Below are positions 16,957-29,100 of a DNA stretch of 64,000 nt, piece after piece. The translations under genes and the position numbers were made by a program. Numbering within the stretch: the stretch's first letter is position 1; the number at the start of each line of letters is the position of its first letter. Source of the stretch: a virus. Below the pieces are notes generated by a model. The model made no database searches and was not told where the DNA came from. It saw nothing but the letters and a program-made list of their open reading frames with translations. Location of the stretch: positions 1 to 64,000 of the IMG/VR virus record IMGVR_UViG_3300020474_000007. One strand, given 5' to 3'.

Positions 16957-19900
16957 ATGGCAAAATTTGTCCTGACTGCACAATTACAATTACAAGCACC
17001 ACGTAATGTCAATCAAGTCGTTAATCAGATACAGAATCAGCTACGGGGCGTAGCTGTTGATATAGATGTACGCAATGCTGCAAAGACTCAGAGAGAAATC
17101 CAAAACTTAAGTCGGACTACCGATAAGGCTGCTGACTCTGCGAAACGGATGGGTAGCGCGTTTAATGTTTCTCTTAAGAGGTTTGCTGGATTAGCTCTTG
17201 CGACTAGGGCTGTATCTCTGTTTACTAATACCCTTGGCGGTGCTGTAAAAGAGGCTATATCTTTTGAGAGAGAGTTGATAAAGATTTCTCAGGTTACTGG
17301 AAAGTCTATATCACAATTAAGAGACCTTACTAAGACTATTACTTCATTATCTACTAGTCTAGGTTCTTCTTCATCTGCATTATTAAATGTATCTAGGTCG
17401 TTATCTCAGGCGGGTTTTAGTGCCAAAGAAACTGAGATCGCTCTTTCTACTCTTGCTAGGACAACCTTAGCTCCTACTTTTGATGACATTACTAAGACGG
17501 CTGAAGGTGCTATTGCTGTCTTTAATCAGTTTGGCAGAGGCGCAGAAGCCTTAGAGCAGCAGCTTGGTGCTATTAATGCTGTCGCTGGTAAGTTCGCTGT
17601 TGAAGCAGGCGACTTAATTTCTACTGTACGTAGAACGGGTGGTGTGTTTAAATCTGCTGGTGGTGATCTAAATGAACTTATTGCTTTGTTCACAAGTGTT
17701 AGATCAACTACGCGAGAAAGTGCGGAAAGTATTGCTACTGGTTTAAGAACTATTTTCACACGTATACAACGACCAAAAACTATTGACTTCATGAAACAGT
17801 TTGGTGTTCAACTTACAGATTTAGAGGGTAAGTTTGTAGGACCGTTTGAAGCTACAATGAGACTTAGTAAAGCCTTAGCTGGCTTGGAACAGGGTGATAT
17901 TACTTTTGTTCGTATAGCAGAAGAGTTGGGTGGGTTTAGACAAATTGGCAAAGTCATTCCTCTTATTCAACAGGCTAGAGTTGCACAAGAAGCTTTAAAT
18001 GTAGCCCAAAGGGGTGGTGACTCGTTAGCAGCAGATGCCGCTAAAGCACAACAAACATTAGCTGTACGTATCGTACAAACTCAAGAAAAATTCATTGCTT
18101 TAGTTAGAAGCATATCCGAAACTACAGCCTTCCAGTTGATGGCTAATAGTGTGCTTGCGCTGGCTGACGGTCTGGTAAAGGTTGGCGAAGCAATTAAACC
18201 CGTATTGCCATTGATAGCTGCTCTTGGCGCTTCCAGAGGTATTGCTGCTCTTGGAGGGTTTGGTGGTAAAGCTTCTAAAATGGTTGGCATGAATAAAGGA
18301 GGCTCAGTACCCGGAACTGGAAATAGAGATACTGTTCCCGCCATGCTCACGCCGGGAGAGTTCGTAATAAGAAAAGAAAGCGTCAAAAGTTTAGGTGCTG
18401 AAAATTTACATAAAATGAACAAGTATGCTTCTGGAGGTATTGTTACGGCTGATAGGCATGGTTATGGAAAGTTTGGTGCTAATTCACCAGCCATGAAAGC
18501 AGCTAAAAGAGCAACAGAGCAGTCAGATGGTGTTACTGCGTGGAGAAACAAAAGTCAAAATGAAAGACAAGCGGAGGCAGCTAGGATTGATGCCGCTGGA
18601 AGGAAGAAGGGTTCAGAAAGAGTTGATCCTAAAAAAATTAAGAGTGCTACGTTAAGTGGTGAGTTTGGTGTTTCATTTTTGAGAGGAAATGCTGGAAGTA
18701 AAGGTCTAAACGCTACGATAGGTCAAGTACTAAAAGAGTCAAATAAAACGGGGGCTGACAGACTTAAATCATCTCTGTTGAAGAGAGCTGGATCAAAATC
18801 ATTAAAAGATATAAATTATAACAATGCTAGAATTACAGCTACAGGAGCTGTTCCAACTTACTTGCAAGGAGACGGTGGTAAAATATTCAGAGATGAGATA
18901 GAAGCCGCAGTTCCGCAAATGTTTTCCAAGGCAACGGAATCTTTCACGGGAGAATTAAGACCTTCTGCCGCCTTGCCATTAAATAAATTAGTATCTAAAT
19001 CAGCTATAGGTTCTATAGAAGGTCAATTTTTTGAAGCATTCATTAGATCTGTTACTAACAACACAATTAAAGATCCTAAGAAAGATGAAATATTCGATTT
19101 CGCCGCACTAGCGGCCTCAAAGAGTGACCTTGAAAGATTATTTGGAGACAACCCTTTTGTTCTTCCTAATGAATTTAAGAATGATGCTAACAGTGCAGCT
19201 AATCGTGCTAGCGCGATTGGTAAGGCGATGTCTCTTCCCGGCACTCAATTGAGATTTTATAACAAGGGTGGTAATGTCAAAGACACAGTTCCTGCTATGC
19301 TAACTCCGGGTGAGTTTGTGGTTAACAAAGCATCTGCACAAAAGATTGGTTACAATAATCTTAAACAAATGAATAAAGTTAAGGGTTACAACGCAGGCGG
19401 TGTTGTTACTGGTAATAGACATAATTATGGAGTAGAGTCTGCTGGCAATCCCTTAACTGATCTTCTATATGGTAAAGGTAAAACTGACGCAGGCGGTGAC
19501 AAGAAACTTGCTGACGGTGCTGCAAAAGCTTCTAAGGGGATGGCTAAGTTGGCTGGCGCTGCCTTCGCCACAACAGCTGCTCTTTCTGCTATTATACCAG
19601 CCGCTAAAGAAAATGAGAATGTTTATATCACTGGCGCTCGTTCTTTAAATCAATCTCTAATGACAATCATAGGTGGTGCTAGTACCGCTGGTTTTGCTCT
19701 ACAGTCTTTTGGTAAAGACATAGACGTTGGCGCATTACTTAAGAATAAATTTGTTGGTCCCTTAGCTGCTGCTGGTACTGCTGCGTTTATAGTCTCTAAG
19801 ACATTCCATTCTTTGGAAAATTCATCAGCAAGATTAAAGAAATCTATTGAAGATGGAAACAAAGCTCAAGCAGTTGCGCTCTCTACTCAGGCCAGTACTT

Positions 19901-22900
19901 CTGGTGCTAGATCTGGCGTTTCTATGGGCGTTGGATTGGCTGCTGGCGCTGGCGTAGGACTTCTAACTGCTACCGCTGGTCTTCCAGTTGCTTTGACTGC
20001 CGCAGCTCTTGCTGCTGGAGCGTTTGCTCTGGGTACAGAACTCAGTCTTTCTAGCATGACAGATGGATTCCAAGATTTCCTTTCTATGTTTGGCGCTTCT
20101 ACTTCTGCGCAAATCAAGGCGCAAACAGCCCTGACTATTTCTAGTAATGATTTTGAAACAGCGTTGAAGAAATTAGGCACAGCTGCCAATACTGCTGCGG
20201 AAGCCATGAAACAAGGCAATGCTAACCTTGCAGGCAGTTTGGACATCCTAGCGGATACAATCCAAAAAGAAAGACAAGCTCTTATAACAGATACCAATAA
20301 TAAATTTAAAGTAGATCAAGATGAAAATGTAGGTAGCCTCCGTGGAAAAGTCTTAACTAATATGAGTAGCAATCTTGCTACCCAGCAAAAGCTTCGTAGT
20401 GGAGACCTTAAATCACAAAACATAACAAGAATGCCAGTAATGGGAGCAGATGTTTTTGAGGTTAATACAAAGGGTCTTATTAAAGAAATCACCGTTCTTT
20501 CTCAAACAATTGAACAGTTGAGGACTACGGGGGGAAGTCAGGAAGAAATAAATAAAAATGTTAGAAGAAGAGATTTGCTAGGCTCTGTAAATGTTCAGGG
20601 TGACTCTTTTTTCAGAAACTCAAAAACTGCTTCAGGCGTTCTTGGTAAGAATGAATCAATTTCACAAGAAGCAACAAAAGCTAGACAAGAAGCAAACAAA
20701 CGAATATTTGATCAATCTGCTCCAGTTCTCAATATAGAACGTAGACGTTTCTTAAGACAGCAGGCTGGCAATCAAGGCAGCACTGAGAATGTTAGTTTTG
20801 AAGATTTCCGCAAGAGTCTTAGCACAGCTGGTGAAAGCGGTAAACTTTTTGCAGAAATTTTGGGAGATCTTTCTGAAGCAGACTTAAAGGAAACAAGGCA
20901 GGCATTTGATAATGTTGCAAAAGAAGTTGATCGTGCCAGAAAAGCTTTCTTGGCTATCAACGTTGATCTGAGGTCTGTCACTTCATCTGCCACTGCTACT
21001 ACGGCTGGATTGAATTCTCTCATAACTGGGTTTACCACTGGTGCATCTCAACTTCAATCTGATTTTGCCACCATAACAGCTGCTATGGGTTCAGCTGGTG
21101 AAAATATGAGACCAGAAGATGTAGAAAAAGCTTTAGGTGGAGTCACACGTAAGCTTGCAGAGTTTGGAGCAGATGATGCAACTGTTAATAAAGTTAGCAC
21201 AAATGTAAAAGCTTTTGCAAAAGTTCAACAACAATTCCCAGCTTTAGTTAAAGACGTAAAATCGCAACTTTCAGATGTATCAGGAAATCTTACTACTGGA
21301 AATCCACAAGATGTTAAAGACGCATTTAAAAAGGCTATTGAAAACAGTTTAGATGATAGTGTTGGAGAAGAAGCTCGTAAAAGAATTATCAATGCTTTTG
21401 ATGCTGTTGAATTAAAACCAGACCAACAAGGTCGTTTATCACAACAACAATTTGATGTGTTCGGAGAAATAATACAAGGAATAAGCCAAGACCAATTGAA
21501 ACAATTTGAGTCTTCTGTAGCTGCTGTTGTTGAAGCAGAAAATAAGATGTTGGTGATACTTAATAAAAAGATTGCTACAGAAAATGATCTGATAAAAGCT
21601 CAGCAGTCAGCTATAGACATTTTCAAGGAAGCTAGACAAATAGAAGCTGAGTTTGGTGGTAAAAGATTTACGCCAGCAGACAGAAAAGCATCACTCTCTT
21701 CTCGGGCTAATGTTTTAGGCAGAGGCGCTGGGCTAACTGATATTGATTCTAATTTATCTGTGGATTCTCTTAGGCAAAGAAACGCAGAGATTAAAAACAG
21801 ATTCCAAGGTAATCGCTCTGCTTTAGATGCTGGTGGAGCTGATGCTTCTACTAAGGCTGACATTCAAGAATCACAGAATAGACTTAAAGCAGCTCAGAAA
21901 GAACAAATTCAAACTATTAGAGAGTTGGTTTCAATTCAAAGAGACGAATTGAAAATTATACAAGAAAAAAATCGTTTGGAAAAAGATTCCATTGACTCTC
22001 TCCTTGGTGGTAATATAGAGAAGTTCTTTGATCAGCAAGCAGCTCAGGGTGCTATATCGGCAGCTTCTGGTGGTGATCAAAGGTTGATGGATGCTTTTGG
22101 TCCTCAAGCGATGAACGATGCTAGAGTTGAACTAGCAAGAATGAGAGATGCTGGTGTTCAAGATGTTAATGGCGTTAATCTGGATGGTAGAGGAGGATTG
22201 CTAGAAACTGTTAGTATTGATGCAGCAAGGCAAAGAGGTCTTGGTTCCGCAGCATTGCAAGCTGGTAGGCTGGCGGCTGGAACAGACGACAAGAGTTTGG
22301 CAGCTAAACAAAATTTAAGAAATAGCGCTGGTCTTCTCGCAGAGACGGGAGATCTTGGAGCTGATATGGCTCAAATGGAAGTTGACTCTGTGAATGAAAT
22401 GATGGTCAAAGCTCAGACAGTAGTTCTTGAAGCCAAAACTATTGGCGATACTAATCAAAGAATAAGAGATAATAGAGATGCAGACAGAGTGGTTCCTGTT
22501 GAGATAAAGAAAGAAAACGTTGGCAACACTCAGATTTCTAGAAAAGCAGCTGGTGATATGCACATGTTAAGGCGAGGAGGCGTTGTTTATGCCAACCAAG
22601 GAATGTTTGTTCCTAGAGGAACTGATACGGTTCCTGCAATGCTTACACCCGGAGAGTTTGTAGTAAGAAGAGAAGCTGTTCAAAGAGGTAATAATCTTGC
22701 TATATTAAAATCTATGAATAGTGTGCCACAACAAGCGGCTCCAGCTCCAGCTGCTGGTTATGCTAACGGTGGTGTCGTCTACAGGAGTCAAGGCTCTAAT
22801 GGTCCAGAGGGCGGGATGGGAATTAGCATGGAAGCTATCAATAAACTATCTGAATCATTTAGAACATTCAATGAAGCTTTTGGTAAGAATATTAAACAAC

Positions 22901-23094
22901 TCGCTGACACCAAATTTAGTGTCTCACTTGATAATAATAATATAAATGTAAATCTAAATGGTGGCTCATTCTTGCAGTCGCTATCAGAGTCGCTCAAGAA
23001 GTCGTTGCTACAAGAAGTTGGCAACCAATTGGCTGGATTCAAACCGTCATCAACCGGACTAAAGGAAGGCAGATCAGTTCTGCCGGTCGCGTAA
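16957..23094 (+). CDS. Tail tape measure protein (TP901-like core)
   Basis: 2045 aa, Ala/Gly/Leu-rich and helical; TP901-type core ('AISFEREL..I.QVTG', 'ESIATGLRTIFTRI'); three DTVPAMLTPGEFV motifs. Confidence 0.9.
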   Translation: MAKFVLTAQLQLQAPRNVNQVVNQIQNQLRGVAVDIDVRNAAKTQREIQNLSRTTDKAADSAKRMGSAFNVSLKRFAGLALATRAVSLFTNTLGGAVKEAISFERELIKISQVTGKSISQLRDLTKTITSLSTSLGSSSSALLNVSRSLSQAGFSAKETEIALSTLARTTLAPTFDDITKTAEGAIAVFNQFGRGAEALEQQLGAINAVAGKFAVEAGDLISTVRRTGGVFKSAGGDLNELIALFTSVRSTTRESAESIATGLRTIFTRIQRPKTIDFMKQFGVQLTDLEGKFVGPFEATMRLSKALAGLEQGDITFVRIAEELGGFRQIGKVIPLIQQARVAQEALNVAQRGGDSLAADAAKAQQTLAVRIVQTQEKFIALVRSISETTAFQLMANSVLALADGLVKVGEAIKPVLPLIAALGASRGIAALGGFGGKASKMVGMNKGGSVPGTGNRDTVPAMLTPGEFVIRKESVKSLGAENLHKMNKYASGGIVTADRHGYGKFGANSPAMKAAKRATEQSDGVTAWRNKSQNERQAEAARIDAAGRKKGSERVDPKKIKSATLSGEFGVSFLRGNAGSKGLNATIGQVLKESNKTGADRLKSSLLKRAGSKSLKDINYNNARITATGAVPTYLQGDGGKIFRDEIEAAVPQMFSKATESFTGELRPSAALPLNKLVSKSAIGSIEGQFFEAFIRSVTNNTIKDPKKDEIFDFAALAASKSDLERLFGDNPFVLPNEFKNDANSAANRASAIGKAMSLPGTQLRFYNKGGNVKDTVPAMLTPGEFVVNKASAQKIGYNNLKQMNKVKGYNAGGVVTGNRHNYGVESAGNPLTDLLYGKGKTDAGGDKKLADGAAKASKGMAKLAGAAFATTAALSAIIPAAKENENVYITGARSLNQSLMTIIGGASTAGFALQSFGKDIDVGALLKNKFVGPLAAAGTAAFIVSKTFHSLENSSARLKKSIEDGNKAQAVALSTQASTSGARSGVSMGVGLAAGAGVGLLTATAGLPVALTAAALAAGAFALGTELSLSSMTDGFQDFLSMFGASTSAQIKAQTALTISSNDFETALKKLGTAANTAAEAMKQGNANLAGSLDILADTIQKERQALITDTNNKFKVDQDENVGSLRGKVLTNMSSNLATQQKLRSGDLKSQNITRMPVMGADVFEVNTKGLIKEITVLSQTIEQLRTTGGSQEEINKNVRRRDLLGSVNVQGDSFFRNSKTASGVLGKNESISQEATKARQEANKRIFDQSAPVLNIERRRFLRQQAGNQGSTENVSFEDFRKSLSTAGESGKLFAEILGDLSEADLKETRQAFDNVAKEVDRARKAFLAINVDLRSVTSSATATTAGLNSLITGFTTGASQLQSDFATITAAMGSAGENMRPEDVEKALGGVTRKLAEFGADDATVNKVSTNVKAFAKVQQQFPALVKDVKSQLSDVSGNLTTGNPQDVKDAFKKAIENSLDDSVGEEARKRIINAFDAVELKPDQQGRLSQQQFDVFGEIIQGISQDQLKQFESSVAAVVEAENKMLVILNKKIATENDLIKAQQSAIDIFKEARQIEAEFGGKRFTPADRKASLSSRANVLGRGAGLTDIDSNLSVDSLRQRNAEIKNRFQGNRSALDAGGADASTKADIQESQNRLKAAQKEQIQTIRELVSIQRDELKIIQEKNRLEKDSIDSLLGGNIEKFFDQQAAQGAISAASGGDQRLMDAFGPQAMNDARVELARMRDAGVQDVNGVNLDGRGGLLETVSIDAARQRGLGSAALQAGRLAAGTDDKSLAAKQNLRNSAGLLAETGDLGADMAQMEVDSVNEMMVKAQTVVLEAKTIGDTNQRIRDNRDADRVVPVEIKKENVGNTQISRKAAGDMHMLRRGGVVYANQGMFVPRGTDTVPAMLTPGEFVVRREAVQRGNNLAILKSMNSVPQQAAPAPAAGYANGGVVYRSQGSNGPEGGMGISMEAINKLSESFRTFNEAFGKNIKQLADTKFSVSLDNNNINVNLNGGSFLQSLSESLKKSLLQEVGNQLAGFKPSSTGLKEGRSVLPVA

Positions 23095-23108
23095 AATAGG
23101 ATTCATAA

Positions 23109-26100
23109 ATGGCTACATTTAATATAACAGTATTAAGTACTAGTAGTACCTCTAATGGTTATCGCTTCTCTGGAGTTGATAGAAACGGGGCTATAAGTGG
23201 TACTAATAATGAAACCATAAATGTAAATGCCAATGATGCTATTAATTTTACTTTCTACAATAGCAGTTCTCATCCCTTCTCTTTGGCTGGTACAAGTATT
23301 TCTGGAAAGTCTGCTACTGGTGGATACTATAGCTATCCATCTTATGCTTCGCATACTTTTACGACGGGTGGCACTTATATCTACGATTGTGATGTTCATG
23401 GGTCTTCCATGCAGGGAAACATAGTAGTAGCTGCTGGGACTACGACTACAACTACAACAACAACTAGCACCACGACAACAACCACCACCACGGCAGCGCC
23501 AACTACTACTACTACTACTACTACAACTACCACAGCAGCACCAACCACTACCACCACGACGACGACAGCAGCACCAACCACTACCACCACTACGACGGCA
23601 GCACCAACCACTACCACTACAACCGCTGCCCCAACGACCACAAGCACAACCACGACCGCTGCGCCAACCACGACCGCTGCGCCAACCACGACCGCTGCGC
23701 CAACCACCACAGCAGCGCCTTTCGATGACGGTACTTACAATATTACAAGTACTTTTCCTGATATGAATATGCTTCCGAGTCCATCGGTTCCGGCATCGGC
23801 TACATACGCAACAACTACGACGACAGCAGCTCCATCCGATCAATGCACACTATGTACTAAAGAGCATACTTTAGAATTGTCTGGTGACAGCGCATTAAAA
23901 GCTTCTGTTTTTGGAATGAGAACTCTGCGTTTAAAGATAAAAGGAACGAGTGCCATAAAAATAAATCCACAAGTAAGTGTTATTCGTAACACTCCCGTGG
24001 TGTTAAAATCTAATGGCAAAATAAGAGCTTCCGCTAATTCTATAATGAATCCTAGAAAGTTCATCAAAGTAAACAATGGTAACATTAAAGCCAATTTAGA
24101 ATTTGCAGGCCCGCTGTCTGTGCGCACTAAGATTAAATTAGGAAGTATTTTCTCTAATACTCATGTTGATAAAGTGGTGGGACACTTCGCAACTCTTGGC
24201 AGCTTCTTACCTCAACAAAAGTTGTACCCGTCTGGTGACATTTCTTCTTCTTCTATGATTAACCAAGATGGAAGCACTGCTAACCTATACCAAAGTATTG
24301 ATGAAGGTGTGGCGATTGGTCAGTACATTAAACCTGACAGTCAAAGCTCTTTAGTCTCTGACGACTCTGGCACATTCATTCATCCATCTGCTATAAGATC
24401 TGATGGAAGTTTTAGTTATAAATGCGCTGTCAGTCCAGCTATTATCAATACAGACCACAGCTTCTTGTTCATGCGGGCAGCTGCTCCACTTAGAAACTAT
24501 GGCTCTGACAATGCTCCTCAATATACTTTACAAAACATTAAATTAGAAGATCCATCTGGCAACCTTATAGTCCATTATAAAGATGTGGTTGTTAGGGGCG
24601 ATGCTGACTATGACTCAGACGGGCCTTTAAGTAAAAACTATTTTACAATTATATCTGAACCTGCAATTAATTATGGTGGATTGGGAGCTTGGGAGAAAAA
24701 TTATCCCTTCTTTGGCGCTCATCATGTTCGTGGATCTAACTCTTTTAGTCTTAGCCTAGATATAACCGCTAAGTGCTTAGATGATCCTTTTAGTCAAGGC
24801 TTTGACATTGGCTACGAAGAGAATGTTTGTGACATTCCTGAACTATCTGTGATTAATGATGAAGATGATTTTCAATCTATAGCAGGCTCTCCAATATCTA
24901 CTCAGGGTCAAGACATTTTTCTAAACCCCACAGACAGCTTTAGAATATCAGCTATTGAAATATGTAATAGTGGTGGTCCAAGATCAGATCTCGCCCTTGC
25001 TCCAGCTCATGATAACTATGTTACAGCTTTTGTGCAAGCCCAAGCCAAGGGTAAGTTAATCACAAAGCATATCTTTCCTTCTCAAGTTTTGACTCATAAT
25101 TTTGATACTAGCATTTGGCCCGATGTCAACTCTACGTGGTATCACTCTGGAGAGGCCGGTGTCTTAACTAATAATAATGTTCTTGTTTCTAGTGGAAAAC
25201 TTTTGGCTGAACAAATTTCTGATAGGCAAGCTTCTACTCACATTAAATTAATTAATTCTTCTATTCAAGACTCTGGCAAATTGCTGCTTAAATTTGAGGA
25301 TACAAAACAACTATTCACCACATTTACTAGTGATAACGACGTTGCTGGCGGTGACTTTAATGCTAACTTCAATATTAGACAAAGAAAAACTTTGCCTCTT
25401 CAAGATACTTTTTATGCTGACATTGAAAGTATAAATATTAAAGTTGTAGCGAGAAAAAGAACAAATTCGTCACCAGACTACGCCCTCGACGTTGTGGGAT
25501 ACAGTGACGATAAACTTCTTTTCGTAACTGAGCCATCTGGTGGATTTTTACAGAACATAGCTGGTGGAACTATTATCAACCAAAACGTCATGTCTTCTTC
25601 AATTGTTCCTCCGCAAGAACTGGCAATTGCTAAACATGCAATATCCGATAAGGATAATTCTACTGTATATAGCAATTCTATAGCAAACAGTGGTGGAGAT
25701 CATCATGTTCTTACACAATCTCCACTCATTAACTCTATAGATTTTAAACAATATACTATACCTTTAAAAATTTACGATAAAGAGAATTTACTAGGCGCTC
25801 CAACCAAACATGACTCAAGCCCATATTTAGAGCATTTGTTCGTAGACATCTATCCCATACCTTCAGGGGCTGAAATTGCAGACATATTGCTCGAAGTAAA
25901 ATACAGCCCGCAGAATGCGTTAAATCTTCGTACCATTGGAACACATAACAGTGACGATCCATTAGTGACAACCACAGTATCTCTGTCTCCAAACGGAAAA
26001 GTTACTAATATATCTAGTGCTAAATCTCTCCCTAGTGGTGAAAATATTCCTTACGCCTATGACCTTACGGCTTACGACAATAAACATGTTTATGATAATT

Positions 26101-29100
26101 TTGCAAGACGGTGGAGGGGTGTCTCTGGCAAGGATGTTAACGAAGCTTTTGATGCATCATTTGATTTCTCGTTCGACAGAAGGGCAACCGCCCACCCATT
26201 TAATTCTGGATATTTTGACTTTACAAAGTATAGATCTGATTGTGTTTTAGATTCAGAAGGCAGATCTTTCTCAGGTGTTTTCACGGGAGTCACCACAAGC
26301 GATATCTACAAACAGTTAGGCTGGAGATTCTCTAATGATTTAATTTATACTGGACTGTTAGATCCTGACGGTAACGCCATTGACAGAAGAACAATTAATT
26401 GGTCTTGGAGTAATAGCACTTTCCCCAATCTTACAGACGCATTTGATAGTGCGGCTAGACTTAATGACTCTTCTAAATATATCAGTTTTGATTCAACTTC
26501 TAGCAATGAGTTTTCTTTCTTGGTTAGATTCAGTCCAGACTACATAAGTAGTTCTGATGTTGCTAGCAATTTAGATATGTTTCATCATGGTTTAATAGCA
26601 GCCAAATATGCTGTTAATGATATTGGTGATAAAATTGTTGAGTTCGCATTGGCTTATGAGCAAGATAAGCTGTGCGCATTTTCTAGAGATACAACTGGAA
26701 ATATAATTAGAATAGAAGACGACTTGCCTTATACAAGTTATGTATTCCCACTTACCGCTATGGTCACATATAACGCCTCCGATAATAAATTACGATTATA
26801 CGCAGATTCGGAAGCCAGCGGTACTTTTAACATTCTCAGAGCTGAGTCTTCCGCATTCACAAAAGTTAATACTGATCAAAAAGTTACCTTGGGTTACTCA
26901 GCAGGGTCTGGTCTTGGATCAGAAGTGTTCATCACCGAATTTGGAATGTCTAGTAAATGTATAGATTTAGTTGGTAGTGGATATGTAGAACAAAGAACTT
27001 CTCAGTCAGTTGGCTCTAGTGTAGATCATAAATTAACTGCTGGTGGAGTTACTGATATATTTGATTCAATAAGAAATCCTAATCACGTTTCTTCTAGAAA
27101 CAAAATGTATTCTTACATTGACGATAAAATAAACAACGTCTGGAAGTTAAACGACTTTAGGCATTGTCAGTTCAATCAAAGTTTTAATAGACTTTCCTAT
27201 CGTGGAGATAAAGACTTTGTAGAACACCATCTAGTCCATGATGGATTGCCCTACTCTTCAAGAACAAATTTGTCCCTGCCTTCTACATTACAGGCTAGTG
27301 GCTTGGCCTATCACACCCAGATAGAAAACGATTTCCTACGTTTTAATATCGGAAACGCCTCTAGTGTTCCTTCTTCTGGTAAATTTTACGCAGCTGCTCC
27401 CAGAATTACTAAATCTTTACCAAGAGGCTACCACTTTGCAGAAGAAGCAATTGCTGTAGACACTGTAATTGATTTTCATTCTGACAACACAATTGCTTGG
27501 GATGATGGCAAACTCGGTCCTAAATTAGTTGTTAGTCTTTACAGTCCATCCTTAATTCCTGACTACGATGGGGCAGACAAGTCTTTAGGTTTAGTCAATC
27601 GTCGAATTCATTACTTAGAACCAAGCGGTTGTATTAGAAAAATTACTAGTGGCTTCAATAAAAATGATCTTTTTGATTCTTCAGAATCTTGGTCTGTATT
27701 TAATACAGAATACGAACACGTTATTAAAGAGTTTGATCATCGACATTATGCAACCAATATAAATGATATGTTCTTGCAGTATGATGTCATATATCCTTCA
27801 GGTTCTTCGTTTGACTCAAAAGTTAAAATACACTCAGCTATGATCAGAATGGATCAAGCTTTAACTACTAAGCCAAAAGTCAACGATGATATGAATCTGT
27901 ATACTAGTGGTGAATTTATATCTATAGTTGATTTGTCATTGTTCGTAGATGGTAAAAAATCTTTAGACAATTTGTTTGGCGCTCCATCTGGAATGTCTCT
28001 GTATGTGAGTGGCGTTGCTGTTTTTCCTTCTTCTGGAGATATGAATCTTTATTGCAGCGGAATTCCAACTGCAATAGACGAGGTAAACTTATACACAGCT
28101 GGTCATAGATCTGTCTCTAGCGATTTGGTTCATGGGTCTGATATGTTTGGAAGTCATAACGTGGGTGTTAATATCTATGTTAGCGGTCAAACAAGGTTGC
28201 TAGAAGAGATGAGTTTGTTCTCTTATAATAATCAAACTGTTCCTGCCGCTAGCGGATCTCTAAATCTTGTATTCCCAAGCCCAACATTAGTTGCATACAA
28301 TCAAAATACTTCAGTCAACCTCTTCGTGAAATCTCCAAAGTTTGCTGAAGTATCTAGAATTTTAAACGTCTCAATGCCTCTGTATTCATATGACAGAGAC
28401 TTGTTTGATTTTAGCTCGTCAATGAATTTGGTTAATTACAATGAACCAATAATAAATTCTTCTAATGACTCTGTAAATTTATTCACAATTAATTACGCCG
28501 CTTATGATTCAAATCTTGTTGGTCAAGAGACTATATTGTGGAATGGTAGAAATGTAGGATCTACTGTTGTATCTTTAGACGAGCCTTACATTTCCGTAAG
28601 CCCAACGGATTCGCTTAGAACTCAATCAACCATATGCTATGGAGATTGTGGATATGGTGGCAATTGTAACTACGTAGACATTAATACTCATGGTGTAGAT
28701 TGGTTTAAGTCTTACTGCACTGATGGCGGTATAGCTAGAGGGTTAGATATAGACTCAAATAATCAGTATTATGGTATCAGAAAATATACTGGTTTGATTC
28801 CTCTGTATCCTTATACTATCTCCATGAGAGGTTTTTCAGGCAGCACAGAATATATAAATCTTCCAAAAGAAATAGAAACGGTTGAATATGGAAGTAATAG
28901 TGAAGTTAATTTCTCTGGCATTAAATTATTCACTAATGATCCTTATGGACTTCACGCTAAATACGGTAAGAGTATTGTTGTTAAAGGTAATAGACTTTTA
29001 ATTGGAGCGCCAGAATATGATCTCTATGAAGGATCTAAAAAATTAGATAAGTCTGGGGCTGTGTTTTTATATAAAAGGCTCGCAGCTCCTTCTGGAACTG

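Noticed and set aside
17526-23042. Many short antisense ORFs within the tape measure, and similar ones in other long genes
   Set aside because: Fully nested opposite well-supported genes, with no SD or recognisable motifs.
23439-23720. CRISPR array
   Set aside because: The repeats are in-frame coding tandem units with no unique spacers; no cas genes are present.
23133-23843. Antisense ORFs (236 aa Cys/Arg-rich; 104 aa poly-Val)
   Set aside because: Shadows of the ACN-codon Thr repeat on the + strand.
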